Assembly: GCA_000436975.1 (NCBI GenBank)
Contig: HG000336.1
Coordinates: forward strand, 26,519-90,518
Direction: 5' to 3'
Origin: Clostridium sp. CAG:1000
GTDB lineage: Bacteria > Bacillota_I > Bacilli_A > RF39 > UBA660
DNA: 64,000 bases
Shown here piece by piece: positions 28,114-37,825 of this stretch; within the stretch, counting starts at the first letter, position 1; each line of letters begins with the position of its first letter. The position numbers were made by a program, and so were the translations under genes. A model generated the notes under the pieces. The model ran no database searches and was not told the origin of the DNA. It worked only from the letters and a program-made list of their open reading frames with translations.

Positions 28114-28965
28114 CTATTTTATCTCAAAAATAGCACTAGAATATATAATATTGCTATTTTTTGAATCACTTTCTTCATTAAACTCTTTAATTATCCTATA
28201 TTTACCAGGATCTAATAAATTAATATATTCATCACTTAAAACGCATGAAACTGTTTGATTACTTTTAATAATATTTAAAATTAAATTGAATGATGGTTCT
28301 TCCTTAAATTTAATTTTATACCATTTTTCATTAACATATTTTTCAATAAAATATTCCTCTCCATACTCATAATTATTATTTGTATTATTTTTAATAGTTA
28401 AATTCATATGATTATTAGTTTCATTAATATTCATGATAATTGTTTCATTAGATATATTATAATTAGATATATCGCCTAGTGTATATTTTCCTGACATATA
28501 TTTTAGTATGTCTTTATATTCTGCTTCATTTAATTTAAAAATTTTATTATATGGTTGTTCAATATAAAACTTATCTTTTTTAGAATAAATATATATTTTA
28601 TATTCTTCTTTATCATTTAATATAAAATTCATTAATGTATAATCATCAACCCCTACTGGTGTATCATAATTACTTTCTTTAGTAGATTTTTTATTTTTAA
28701 TTATATTATATATATTATTAATATCATTTTTTGATTCAATAGTAAGACTATTGTTTTTATCCTTTAAAATAATTTTTTCTATTTTATTCTCGTTAGGTAA
28801 ATTTATTGTTTTATTGCAAGTAAACCAATATCCAAATATACTAAGAATAATAGCTATCGTTACAAATACAATTATAATTAATACTTCTTTTACATTAATT
28901 TTCATAATAATGCCTCCTAAATAATAACACACATCCATATCATTATTTTTCTTATATAGTATCAC
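28114..28965 (-). CDS. hypothetical signal-anchored protein
   Basis: TM EVLIIIVFVTIAIILSIFGYWF. N/K-rich. Confidence 0.4.
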   Translation of the reverse strand: MILYKKNNDMDVCYYLGGIIMKINVKEVLIIIVFVTIAIILSIFGYWFTCNKTINLPNENKIEKIILKDKNNSLTIESKNDINNIYNIIKNKKSTKESNYDTPVGVDDYTLMNFILNDKEEYKIYIYSKKDKFYIEQPYNKIFKLNEAEYKDILKYMSGKYTLGDISNYNISNETIIMNINETNNHMNLTIKNNTNNNYEYGEEYFIEKYVNEKWYKIKFKEEPSFNLILNIIKSNQTVSCVLSDEYINLLDPGKYRIIKEFNEESDSKNSNIIYSSAIFEIK

Positions 28966-29031
28966 ATTTTATTTTATTTGAATAGTTTTTTTACCTTCTT
29001 TTCAAAACTCATTTTAGCTTATTATTATAAT

Positions 29032-30201
29032 TTATAGCTTTTCTAACATACAAACGCATTCCACATGTTTTGTTCTTAGAAACATATCACAAATTGAAAT
29101 ATCTTTAAGAGCATAATTACTAAGTAAATCTATATCTCTTTTAAGTGTTTTATAATTACATGATATATATACTAATCTTTTTGAATTAGAGTTATTTATA
29201 TAATTAATTACTTCTTTAGATAGTCCATTTCTAGGCGGATCTACTATTATAGAATCAAACTTTCCTTTTATTCTTTTAGCATCACTACATATAAATTCAA
29301 TATTATTTATGTTATTTAATTTCTTATTTATATTAGCATTTTTTATACTTGATTCATTTATTTCAACTCCAACAACTTTTCTAAAAATATCACTCATCCA
29401 TATTCCAATAGTTCCTGTACCACAATATAAGTCAAGTAATGTATCACCACCCAAAATATACTCTTTTGCTTTATTATAAATAGAAGTCATACCTTCATTA
29501 TTTATCTGATAGAAACTCAATGGATAAATAGAAAACTTATATTTATTTATTTCATCAATCAAATATTCTTTTCCTTTAATATGTTTATCATTTAAATATA
29601 ATGAGTCAACATCAATATTTAATAATGGAGTATTTTCTATATCACTAATAATATTAACCATTACTTCATTATTAACGCTTCTAATCATTATTTCATAAAC
29701 ACCAGTTAAATCATATTCTTTTATATTATAAATTGTTTTATTTATTAATGAGTCTAACAAATAACATGTATTAAAAGAACATATATTATGAGTTTTAGAG
29801 TCATAAAAACCAATTTTATTATTCTTTATATGTAATACTACTTTATTTCTATAATTTAATGAATTATTAGTGTTTAAATAATTAACTTTTCTTTTAAATA
29901 ATCTTTCTATTTCATCTTTTTTTATTTTTCTTTCATTTTCATAACTTGTATGAAGAAAATTACATCCTCCACATTTATCATATATTGGGCATATTATTCT
30001 ATTTCTTTTAGGACTTTTGGTTATTATATTAACTATTTTTCCCTTAGCAAATCTTTTATTTAATTGTGTTATTTTAATCAAAACTTTTTCATTCTTAAGC
30101 GCACCAAAAATGAAGATAACAAAATTATCTATTCTAGCAATTCCATTACCTTCCATGTCTTCATTAATAATTGTTACTTCATATATATCATTAATTTTCA
30201 T
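29032..30201 (-). CDS. rlmD: 23S rRNA (uracil-C5)-methyltransferase RlmD/RumA family
   Basis: N-terminal TRAM domain, Fe-S cysteines CPIYDKCGGCNFLH, and SAM motif LLDLYCGTGTIG. Confidence 0.8.
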   Translation of the reverse strand: MKINDIYEVTIINEDMEGNGIARIDNFVIFIFGALKNEKVLIKITQLNKRFAKGKIVNIITKSPKRNRIICPIYDKCGGCNFLHTSYENERKIKKDEIERLFKRKVNYLNTNNSLNYRNKVVLHIKNNKIGFYDSKTHNICSFNTCYLLDSLINKTIYNIKEYDLTGVYEIMIRSVNNEVMVNIISDIENTPLLNIDVDSLYLNDKHIKGKEYLIDEINKYKFSIYPLSFYQINNEGMTSIYNKAKEYILGGDTLLDLYCGTGTIGIWMSDIFRKVVGVEINESSIKNANINKKLNNINNIEFICSDAKRIKGKFDSIIVDPPRNGLSKEVINYINNSNSKRLVYISCNYKTLKRDIDLLSNYALKDISICDMFLRTKHVECVCMLEKL

Positions 30202-31357
30202 TATTATTCATACTTTCAAATATAGAAGTCCCAAGTCCTAAAATATTTCTTATATCAAAATTATCTAATATAGTTGCGCCTATATCAGCAAATGTTTCTC
30301 TATCTTTTAGTCTCTTACCTTCTTTAAATTTCTTATTATATATTAAGATTGGTACATTTTCTCTTGTATGGTCTGTCCCTCTATATGTAGGATCATTACC
30401 ATGATCTGCTGTTATGATAAGCAAATCTTTTTCAGTTAGATTCTTTAAAAGAATTGGTAAATAATAATTAAACTCTTCCAATGCTTTTAAATATCCCTCT
30501 CTATTTCTTCTATGTCCATATAACATATCAAAGTCATTTAAATTAGCAAATATGAATCCTTTTTTATCACTTTTAGCAAAATCAATTAATTTCATCATGC
30601 CATCTATATTATCTTTAGTTCTTACTTTTATAGCAATACTTTTATTATTAAATATATCGGCTATTTTTCCAATCGCAATAGTTGGTACTCTATGTTTATC
30701 TAATAAATCAAGCACATTAAGTGGCGGATCTAAAGCATAATCATGCCTTCTTGAAGTTCTAGTAAAACTTCCTGGCTTACCAATATATGGTCTTGCAATT
30801 ATTCTTGCTATTTTATATTTTTCATCTTTAGTAAGTTCACGTACTTTAGTACATATATCATATAATTCTTCTACTGGTATTATATCTTCATGTGCTGCGA
30901 TTTGAAGCACTGAGTCTGCAGAAGTGTATATTATTAATGCACCTGTTTCCATCTGCATTTGTCCTAAATCTTCTATTATTTGAGTACCACTAGCAACTAT
31001 ATTACCAATAACATCCCTTCCTGTCACTTCTTTAATTTTACTTATTAATTCAAGAGGAAAACCATTTGGATATGTTTTATATGGTGTTTTTTGTACAACG
31101 CACATCATTTCATAATGACCATTTAATGTGTCCTTAGCAAGATTAATAGGTTTACCTTTCATATAATATCCTACTGTTTTAGAAACTTCTTTTCCAACTA
31201 AAGTAGTAAGCCCCATTCTTTCAAGAACATCTAAATTATAATGATCCCCAATTGTATGCAATAAAGTATTTGAACCAACGTCATTAAATTTATCAGCATC
31301 TTTTGCTTCTCCCACTCCTACACTATCCATTACTACTAAAAAAATTCTATCATACAT
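30191..31357 (-). CDS. deoB: phosphopentomutase
   Basis: MYDRIFLVVMDSVGVGEA metal-binding N-terminus. The start was chosen at internal Met36 of the track ORF so that it abuts the xer stop instead of overlapping it by 100 nt. Confidence 0.85.
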   Translation of the reverse strand: MYDRIFLVVMDSVGVGEAKDADKFNDVGSNTLLHTIGDHYNLDVLERMGLTTLVGKEVSKTVGYYMKGKPINLAKDTLNGHYEMMCVVQKTPYKTYPNGFPLELISKIKEVTGRDVIGNIVASGTQIIEDLGQMQMETGALIIYTSADSVLQIAAHEDIIPVEELYDICTKVRELTKDEKYKIARIIARPYIGKPGSFTRTSRRHDYALDPPLNVLDLLDKHRVPTIAIGKIADIFNNKSIAIKVRTKDNIDGMMKLIDFAKSDKKGFIFANLNDFDMLYGHRRNREGYLKALEEFNYYLPILLKNLTEKDLLIITADHGNDPTYRGTDHTRENVPILIYNKKFKEGKRLKDRETFADIGATILDNFDIRNILGLGTSIFESMNNNEN

Positions 31358-31358
31358 A

Positions 31359-32261
31359 TTAGTTACCTTCTTTCTTACTCCTATTAAAGTATTCATTATA
31401 ATTATCTTTGATAAAGTTATTTGCAAGATGAGTATATATTTCTGTTGTAACAACATTTTCATGTCCTAAAAGTTCTTGAACACTTCTAATATCCGCACCA
31501 CACTCAATCATATGAGTTGCAAAACTATGTCTAAGTACATGTGGAGTTATTTCCTTATTAATATTTTTTTCATGAGCAATCTTACCAATTATTTTATAAA
31601 GCCCTTGCCTAGTCATTTTAGTTCCATGATTATTTAAAAACAATGCATCTGTATTAGGCTTACCCTTTACAAATAAATCTTCTCTATAATTATTAATATA
31701 CATATCTAAATAATTAACAGCTATTTTGGACATAGGAACTATTCTTTCTTTACTACCTTTTCCATATACATGAACAACCATATTTAGTGTATCTACATTA
31801 TTTAGTTCTAAATTAATAAGTTCACTTGCTCTAAGTCCTGTTGAATACATAAGTTCTAATATAGCTTTATTTCTATGATCAAAAGGAGTATTAAGTTCAA
31901 TATCTAAAAGATTATCAACTTCTTCAATGGATAAATACTTAGGAAGCTTCTTTTTTCTTTGAAGACATTCTACATCCTCAGATATATTAATAAAACCTTT
32001 ATATACTGCTAGGTACTTATAAAAACTTTTTATACTTGCAATAATTCTATTAATAGAACTTTCATTATAACTAGGGAGTAAATGTAATATATAATTATCT
32101 ATATCTTTTTTCGTTATATTTAATATTTCTTTATCAGTATATGTTAAAAAATATTTAAGGTCCCTCATATAAGATTCAACTGTATTTTCAGAATAATTCT
32201 TATCTATTCTTAAATAATCACTAAAATCATCAACAAACTCTTTATTTTCAATATCTATCAT
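31359..32261 (-). CDS. tyrosine recombinase XerC/XerD family
   Basis: C-terminal catalytic box HVLRHSFATHMIECGADIRSVQELLGHENVVTTEIYTH. Confidence 0.8.
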   Translation of the reverse strand: MIDIENKEFVDDFSDYLRIDKNYSENTVESYMRDLKYFLTYTDKEILNITKKDIDNYILHLLPSYNESSINRIIASIKSFYKYLAVYKGFINISEDVECLQRKKKLPKYLSIEEVDNLLDIELNTPFDHRNKAILELMYSTGLRASELINLELNNVDTLNMVVHVYGKGSKERIVPMSKIAVNYLDMYINNYREDLFVKGKPNTDALFLNNHGTKMTRQGLYKIIGKIAHEKNINKEITPHVLRHSFATHMIECGADIRSVQELLGHENVVTTEIYTHLANNFIKDNYNEYFNRSKKEGN

Positions 32262-32321
32262 ACAATATTAATTATATAATAAAAAAAACTAATTGAATAG
32301 TTTTTTTACGCTATTTTTACA

Positions 32322-33326
32322 TTAATTTCTTTTACTATCTCTATAATTGAACAATATTCCACCTACAATACAAGGCAAATAATATGTAATTACTCTATAT
32401 AAAAGTACTCCAGGTATAACTATCGCTTCACATACAATTAAGCTAAAATAATGAATAAAAGAATACTCTGTGCTTATACTAGAACCTGGTATTGGTATAA
32501 AAGATGCAGAAATATAAACAAAACATGATAATATTATCGTATAAAACATATTAATATTAAAAGAAATATTTAATGCTTTTAAAGTAAAGAAAGGTATCAT
32601 AAAGAACACTGTCATATATATAAAATTAACACACACACATTTAATAATAAATTTCCTATCTTTAATAAGATTCTTAAATCCATTTTGATATTCAATGCAT
32701 TTTAAATTCCATTTATTTAAAGTTGCTTCTTTATCTTTAATTATATTAAGTTTATTAAGTAAATTAATCATATTTTTACCAATCTTAGATGCAAACTCAA
32801 TCTTAACGCATATAAGTATTGTTATAACAAAAGAAACAATTGTAATTAATGCCCCTATCAAAGTTAAAATATATAAAAAATTATTAGGTTTTAATTCAAA
32901 TATATATCCGAATATTAAAGATAAAATAATCATTATACTCATAGTTATTTGTAATATAATAAAATTCTCAACTATAACTAAAATACTCTTAGTCACAGGA
33001 ACTTTATTTTTACTTAATTCGTATACCTGAAGTGGTTGCCCTCCTAATGAAAAAGGTGTTATTCCATTAAAAAACTTAGTCATTATATTAAGTTCAATTA
33101 CTTTTTTAAATGGATACTTTTTACAAGATTTATCAATTAATATTTTTAAAAGATATGCTTCTATTATAAAATAAACAATATATGTTAAAATTGATAATAA
33201 AATTAACCATTTATTACTTGATGCTATTAAATCAATAGATTTAACAAAATTATCTTTTAATATATACCAAAATAAAAATATAGTTATTAATAATATAATA
33301 ATACTTCTAAATTTTATTTTTTTCAT
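32322..33326 (-). CDS. UPF0104/lysylphosphatidylglycerol-synthase-TM-region (flippase-like) membrane protein
   Basis: 8 TM, ~330 aa, characteristic N-terminal charged segment followed by a TM. Confidence 0.5.
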   Translation of the reverse strand: MKKIKFRSIIILLITIFLFWYILKDNFVKSIDLIASSNKWLILLSILTYIVYFIIEAYLLKILIDKSCKKYPFKKVIELNIMTKFFNGITPFSLGGQPLQVYELSKNKVPVTKSILVIVENFIILQITMSIMIILSLIFGYIFELKPNNFLYILTLIGALITIVSFVITILICVKIEFASKIGKNMINLLNKLNIIKDKEATLNKWNLKCIEYQNGFKNLIKDRKFIIKCVCVNFIYMTVFFMIPFFTLKALNISFNINMFYTIILSCFVYISASFIPIPGSSISTEYSFIHYFSLIVCEAIVIPGVLLYRVITYYLPCIVGGILFNYRDSKRN

Positions 33327-33436
33327 AACTTACCTCTTCACAATTATAACAAAAATATAATATGTATACAATATACTATTATAATATGACTAGTAAGTGA
33401 CTAATACTTTTATTTTATTGCTAAAACTGATAAAAT

Positions 33437-34651
33437 ATGTATGAGGTGACTACTATGGAACTATTACAAAATAAATTAAGGCCAAATACTCTAAAAGAGG
33501 TCCTTGGTCAAACTCATTTAATCGGTAAAGACAAAGTACTTTCAAATTTAATTAAAAACAAAGTTCTTTTCAATATAATTTTATATGGAAACAGTGGTTG
33601 CGGTAAAACAACTATAGCTCTTAGTTTAATAAATGATTTAAATATGAGATATAGAATGTTAAATGCAACTATCAATAGTAAAAAAGATTTTGAAGTTGTT
33701 ATAGAAGAAGCAAAAATGTATGGTTCTATGATCTTAATAGTTGATGAGATACATAGAATGAATAAAGATAAACAAGATATATTACTTTCATTTATAGAAA
33801 GTGGTCTTATTACATTAATAGGTCTTACTAACTCAAATCCATATCATTCTATTAATCAAGCAATAAGAAGCAGATGTCAATTACTAGAATTAAAGCCGCT
33901 AGAAGAAGATGATATTGTAAAAGGATTAAAAAGAGTAAAAAATGTACTTAATGATATTGAAATGGATCAAAAGACAATAAAATACATAGCAAAACTTTCT
34001 AATGGAGACATTAGATTTGCATATAACCTAGTAGAATTTTCATATTATGGTTTTAATCATAAAGTAACAATAGATAACATAAAAGAAGTTAATAATACTC
34101 CATCATTCTTTACTGATAAAAATGAAGATGGTCACTATGACATGCTCTCTGCATTTCAAAAAAGCATAAGAGGAAGTGATGTAGATGCATCATTACATTA
34201 TTTATCAAGACTAATAGTTAGTGGAGACTATGATTCAATTTATAGAAGAATGCTAGTAATTGCATATGAAGATATTGCTCTTGCAAACCCTTCTCTTCCT
34301 CCTAGAGTTTTAGCATCTATTGAAGCAAGTGAAAGAATTGGTTATCCGGAACTCATAAAGCCACTATCTGTTGCTGTAATAGAAATGGCCTTAAGTCCGA
34401 AAAGCAACTCAGCAGATATGGCAATTAATACCGCAATTAATGATGTACAAGCAGGAAATATTGGAAGAATCCCAGAAAACATAAGAACAACATCCCATAA
34501 TTATAAATATCCTCATAATTATAAAAATTATTATGTTGAGCAACAATATATGCCAGATAAACTAATCGGAAGAAAATATTATTTTCCAAAAAATAACAAG
34601 TATGAAACAGAAATGACTAATTTTAATAAAAAGATTAAGGAGGAAAAATGA
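33437..34651 (+). CDS. rarA: replication-associated recombination protein A (AAA+ ATPase)
   Basis: LRPNTLKEVLGQTHLIG...ILYGNSGCGKTTIA Walker A and a MgsA C-terminal domain. Confidence 0.85.
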   Translation: MYEVTTMELLQNKLRPNTLKEVLGQTHLIGKDKVLSNLIKNKVLFNIILYGNSGCGKTTIALSLINDLNMRYRMLNATINSKKDFEVVIEEAKMYGSMILIVDEIHRMNKDKQDILLSFIESGLITLIGLTNSNPYHSINQAIRSRCQLLELKPLEEDDIVKGLKRVKNVLNDIEMDQKTIKYIAKLSNGDIRFAYNLVEFSYYGFNHKVTIDNIKEVNNTPSFFTDKNEDGHYDMLSAFQKSIRGSDVDASLHYLSRLIVSGDYDSIYRRMLVIAYEDIALANPSLPPRVLASIEASERIGYPELIKPLSVAVIEMALSPKSNSADMAINTAINDVQAGNIGRIPENIRTTSHNYKYPHNYKNYYVEQQYMPDKLIGRKYYFPKNNKYETEMTNFNKKIKEEK

Positions 34652-35352
34652 ACTTCGTTATTGAATCCACACCAAATAAAATAGAAATTGATTATGATTT
34701 AATATCTCAAATTGAAAATAAATTAGAAGAAAATATTTCATTATCACAAGATGAAGCAAAATATTTTTTAGATTATATAGTATTCATAACAAGAACAAGA
34801 TTTACAAATGATTTAGATAACTATTCATTTGAATGGAAATGTGATACAGCAATCTCTATAATAGGTAATTATCTAAATAGTTTAAATGTAAATTATAACG
34901 TATGTGATACTCAAAAAGTAATAACAAATAACATTAAAGGCCATACATTTATGATAGTAAACTTAAATACTGAAAACGGTATTTTATCATATTTAATCGA
35001 TCCAACATATAGACAATTTTTTACCAAAGATACTTGTAATGAAAGTAATTATACATTAATAAATGGTATATATGTAACTACGCCTAACCCCGGTTATTTT
35101 ATAAAAGAAAAAGATAAAGAAAAAGTAAAAGAATTATTAATAAATGGATACTCTATTCTAACTAATGACATTGCAAGAATATATGGGGACTCTTTCTACA
35201 ACACAAAAGTTGGTGAAGATAATACTACTTATAAAAGCATACCAGGTAGTATATATATAAATTCATTCTTAAAAGGCAATTCACACTTATCAAAAACAAA
35301 TGATGAACTTCAAGATTTAAAAATAGAAAAACAAAATCAAAAAACATTATAA
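34648..35352 (+). CDS. hypothetical protein (234 aa), translationally coupled to rarA
   Basis: ATGA overlap with the rarA stop. No recognisable motif. Confidence 0.45.
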   Translation: MNFVIESTPNKIEIDYDLISQIENKLEENISLSQDEAKYFLDYIVFITRTRFTNDLDNYSFEWKCDTAISIIGNYLNSLNVNYNVCDTQKVITNNIKGHTFMIVNLNTENGILSYLIDPTYRQFFTKDTCNESNYTLINGIYVTTPNPGYFIKEKDKEKVKELLINGYSILTNDIARIYGDSFYNTKVGEDNTTYKSIPGSIYINSFLKGNSHLSKTNDELQDLKIEKQNQKTL

Positions 35353-35353
35353 A

Positions 35354-35382
35354 ACCTACTCAAACAAGTAGGTCTTTTTTTA
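35354..35382 (+). terminator. intrinsic terminator
   Basis: ACCTACT-CAAACA-AGTAGGT followed by CTTTTTTTATT. Confidence 0.7.
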
Positions 35383-36185
35383 TTAACCGATTCTAAATGC
35401 AGGAGAAACTCCTAATTTAAAATCAGGAGTACTACTTAACACTGCTCCAAAGTTACTAGCCACATAAAAGCTATAAGTTGCTGTTGCTGAACGAAGCCAA
35501 TAATGACGTTCGATTTCCGCACTATCGCTTTTTTTAGTTTTGATTCTGTTTGAGTAATACGAAAGAGGTTTGCTGAAGTTCTTCACTACACATATTATCG
35601 AGTATATCTTCTCTATGTCTAAGCCCTTTTCTTTTAGCAATATCATTTGCAGTTTCGCGCGTTTATAGTCCTTTATATCCACTATTATGAAATCTATCAA
35701 AGCTCTTAACTCCTGCATTTCTAGCAGCAATGTTTAATGAATAGTTTCCTTTTCTTGTTAAACCTCTTTGATATAATCTTTTTTCATCTTCAGAAAGACT
35801 ACTATACTCTTTTTCACTTAGTTCTTGTCTTCTTGTTTGTATCGTAAAATAAGTTTAAGCAAGTGCGATTACTTTCTTTACTTGAATTAGCATTTTGAAC
35901 AATCAAATAACATATATACCTAGATAATTTATAATCTTGTAAGTTAACATAAGCGTTATTATTTCTTTTTGACAAGTTGTTAGCCTCAACAAGTTGTGAA
36001 TTTATATTAATTTTAGAATTTTTGCATGTTTACTTTGCTCTACTTATAATTTTATTAAAGTTTCTCCATTCTTTGTACTCCAAAACTTTTTGCAATTCAC
36101 GAGCATACCAAAACTCGCACCCATTTTCATCGATATGTTTTATATCCTCAAATAATCTTTCAGTATATTCTTTTAATTCATTCAT
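35383..36185 (-). pseudogene. composite remnant: DinD-like (DNA-damage-inducible protein D family) pseudogene with a stop and >=2 frameshifts, fused at its 3' end to the last ~40 codons of a DUF6273-like gene (…HYWLRSA…GVSPAFRIG)
   Basis: DinD family from MNELKEYTERLFEDIKHIDENGCEFWYARELQKVLEYKEWRNFNKIISRAK*. Then, in other frames, IQTRRQELSEKEY...EDEKRLYQRGL...FDRFHNSGYKGL*...DIAKRKGL...SEELQQ. Then ANLFRITQTESKLKK. Confidence 0.5.
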
Positions 36186-36237
36186 ATTTTTATCATCTTC
36201 TTTTTAATTAATTTAAATCATTTTATTAAATCAATAA

Positions 36238-36471
36238 TTATACTAACACATATTCTCTAACAACAATTCTTTCATCAGAGCAATACTCTATTACAAATTT
36301 ATTTTCTTTCTTACATATTAAAATACCTATTGTATTGTTATTACTTATTTCTTTAATGCTTTTATCTATATAATTCATATACTTTTGCACTTGTGAAATA
36401 TATTCTACTTTAAATTCACTTACCTTAAGTTCTACTACTACATATGCATTATATTTAATATTAAAAAGCAA
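36238..36471 (-). pseudogene. 3' fragment (last ~77 codons) of a YhcG/DUF1016-type PD-(D/E)XK nuclease gene; copy 1 of the 240 bp direct repeat
   Basis: AYVVVELKVSEFKVEYISQVQKYMNYID...IGILICKKENKFVIEYC matches the DUF1016 C-terminus. Preceded by stops, with no N-terminal domain. Confidence 0.55.
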
Positions 36472-36483
36472 TAAGTCTAATTT
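36238..36483. repeat. direct repeat copy 1 (~240 bp, ~88% identical to 37580..37825) flanking rnhC
   Basis: Aligned by eye with substitutions only and no indels. Confidence 0.7.
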
Positions 36484-36589
36484 GCTATTTCATCAGTCAA
36501 TTTACAAATGATTGACAAGTTTAAATAATTAAATTAAAATATGTATCAAGATAAATAAATTTATTGTATAATTTAAATATAATTAAAGG

Positions 36590-37537
36590 GTGATAAAAGT
36601 GGAAAAGCAGAAGACAATAGTATTTAAACCTAGTGATAATATTAAAGAAAAGATGATTGATTATTATGACTTATTAAGAAGAGATAAGAAACCTCCATAT
36701 TCAGTATTTCAAGCAGAAGAAGGTGGTACTATTATAACTTTATATGAGAGTGGTAAAGTTATGTTTCAAGGTATATCTGCTGATATTGATGCTAATATGT
36801 GGAAAGACTTAGAAAGCCATTATAATAACAGAGATATAGATAGCGAGTTAAAGAAAAAAGAAGAAAAAGAAGATGATAAAACATACTACTATTATGATGC
36901 TATTGGTAGTGATGAAGTTGGTACTGGTGACTATTTTGGGCCTATTATAGTTACTGCTACTTTAGTAGATAAAAGTACTAGAAAACTATTAGAAGATTTA
37001 AAAATAATGGATTCTAAAAAGATGACTGATGATAAGATTAGAAGATGTGCTCCTATATTAATGAATAAACTTCCATATGTAACATTTACTCTTTCAAATA
37101 CTAAATACAATGAAATGAGTTCTAAAGGTTTCAATATGAATAAAATAAAAGCTATTCTTCACAATAGAGTCTTATTTGAACTTTCTAATAAAGGTATTCC
37201 ATATCATAAAATAATAGTAGATCAATTCACTACCCCTAGAAGTTATTTTAGTTATTTAAAACAAGAAAATATAGAAGATAAAGTTACTAAGATAACATTT
37301 CTAACTAAAGGTGAAAGTAAACATTTAAGTGTTGCTGCTGCTAGTGTTATAAGTAGATATAGATTCTTACAAGAAATGGATAAACTATCAGAAAAATATA
37401 AAGTAGATATTCCTAAAGGCGCTAGTCCTAAAGTAGATAGTGTTGCTAAAAAAATACTTGATACTTATGGTAAAAATGAGCTTTCTAAAATAGTTAAACT
37501 TAATTTTAAAAACACAGAAAAGATCCTAAATAGTTAG
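36590..37537 (+). CDS. rnhC: ribonuclease HIII
   Basis: N-terminal DUF3378-type domain (TIITLYESGKVMFQG) plus an RNase HII/HIII catalytic domain (DEVGTGDYFGP). Confidence 0.85.
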   Translation: MIKVEKQKTIVFKPSDNIKEKMIDYYDLLRRDKKPPYSVFQAEEGGTIITLYESGKVMFQGISADIDANMWKDLESHYNNRDIDSELKKKEEKEDDKTYYYYDAIGSDEVGTGDYFGPIIVTATLVDKSTRKLLEDLKIMDSKKMTDDKIRRCAPILMNKLPYVTFTLSNTKYNEMSSKGFNMNKIKAILHNRVLFELSNKGIPYHKIIVDQFTTPRSYFSYLKQENIEDKVTKITFLTKGESKHLSVAAASVISRYRFLQEMDKLSEKYKVDIPKGASPKVDSVAKKILDTYGKNELSKIVKLNFKNTEKILNS

Positions 37538-37548
37538 GATTTTTTATT
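37523..37548 (+). terminator. intrinsic terminator overlapping rnhC stop
   Basis: ATCCTAA-ATAG-TTAGGAT followed by TTTTTTATT. Confidence 0.6.
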
Positions 37549-37579
37549 ATTTAGATACATTAGTAATAAAAATTAATAA

Positions 37580-37825
37580 TTACATTAATACATATTTTCT
37601 AACAACAATTCTTTCATCAGAACAATATTCTATTACATATTTGTTTTCCCTCTTACATATTAAGATACCTATAGTACTATTATTACTTATTTCTTTAACG
37701 TTCCTGTCTATATAATTCATATACTTTTGTACTTGTGAAATATATTCTACTTTAAACTCGGTTACTTTAAGTTCTAGTACTACATATGCATTATATTTAA
37801 TATTAAAAAGTAATAAATCTATCTT
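37580..37825. repeat. direct repeat copy 2 (3' end of the DUF1016 gene)
   Basis: See copy 1. Confidence 0.7.

Noticed and set aside
35977-36207. 76-aa plus-strand ORF
   Set aside because: Antisense to the DinD-like pseudogene, whose minus-strand translation has recognisable family blocks.
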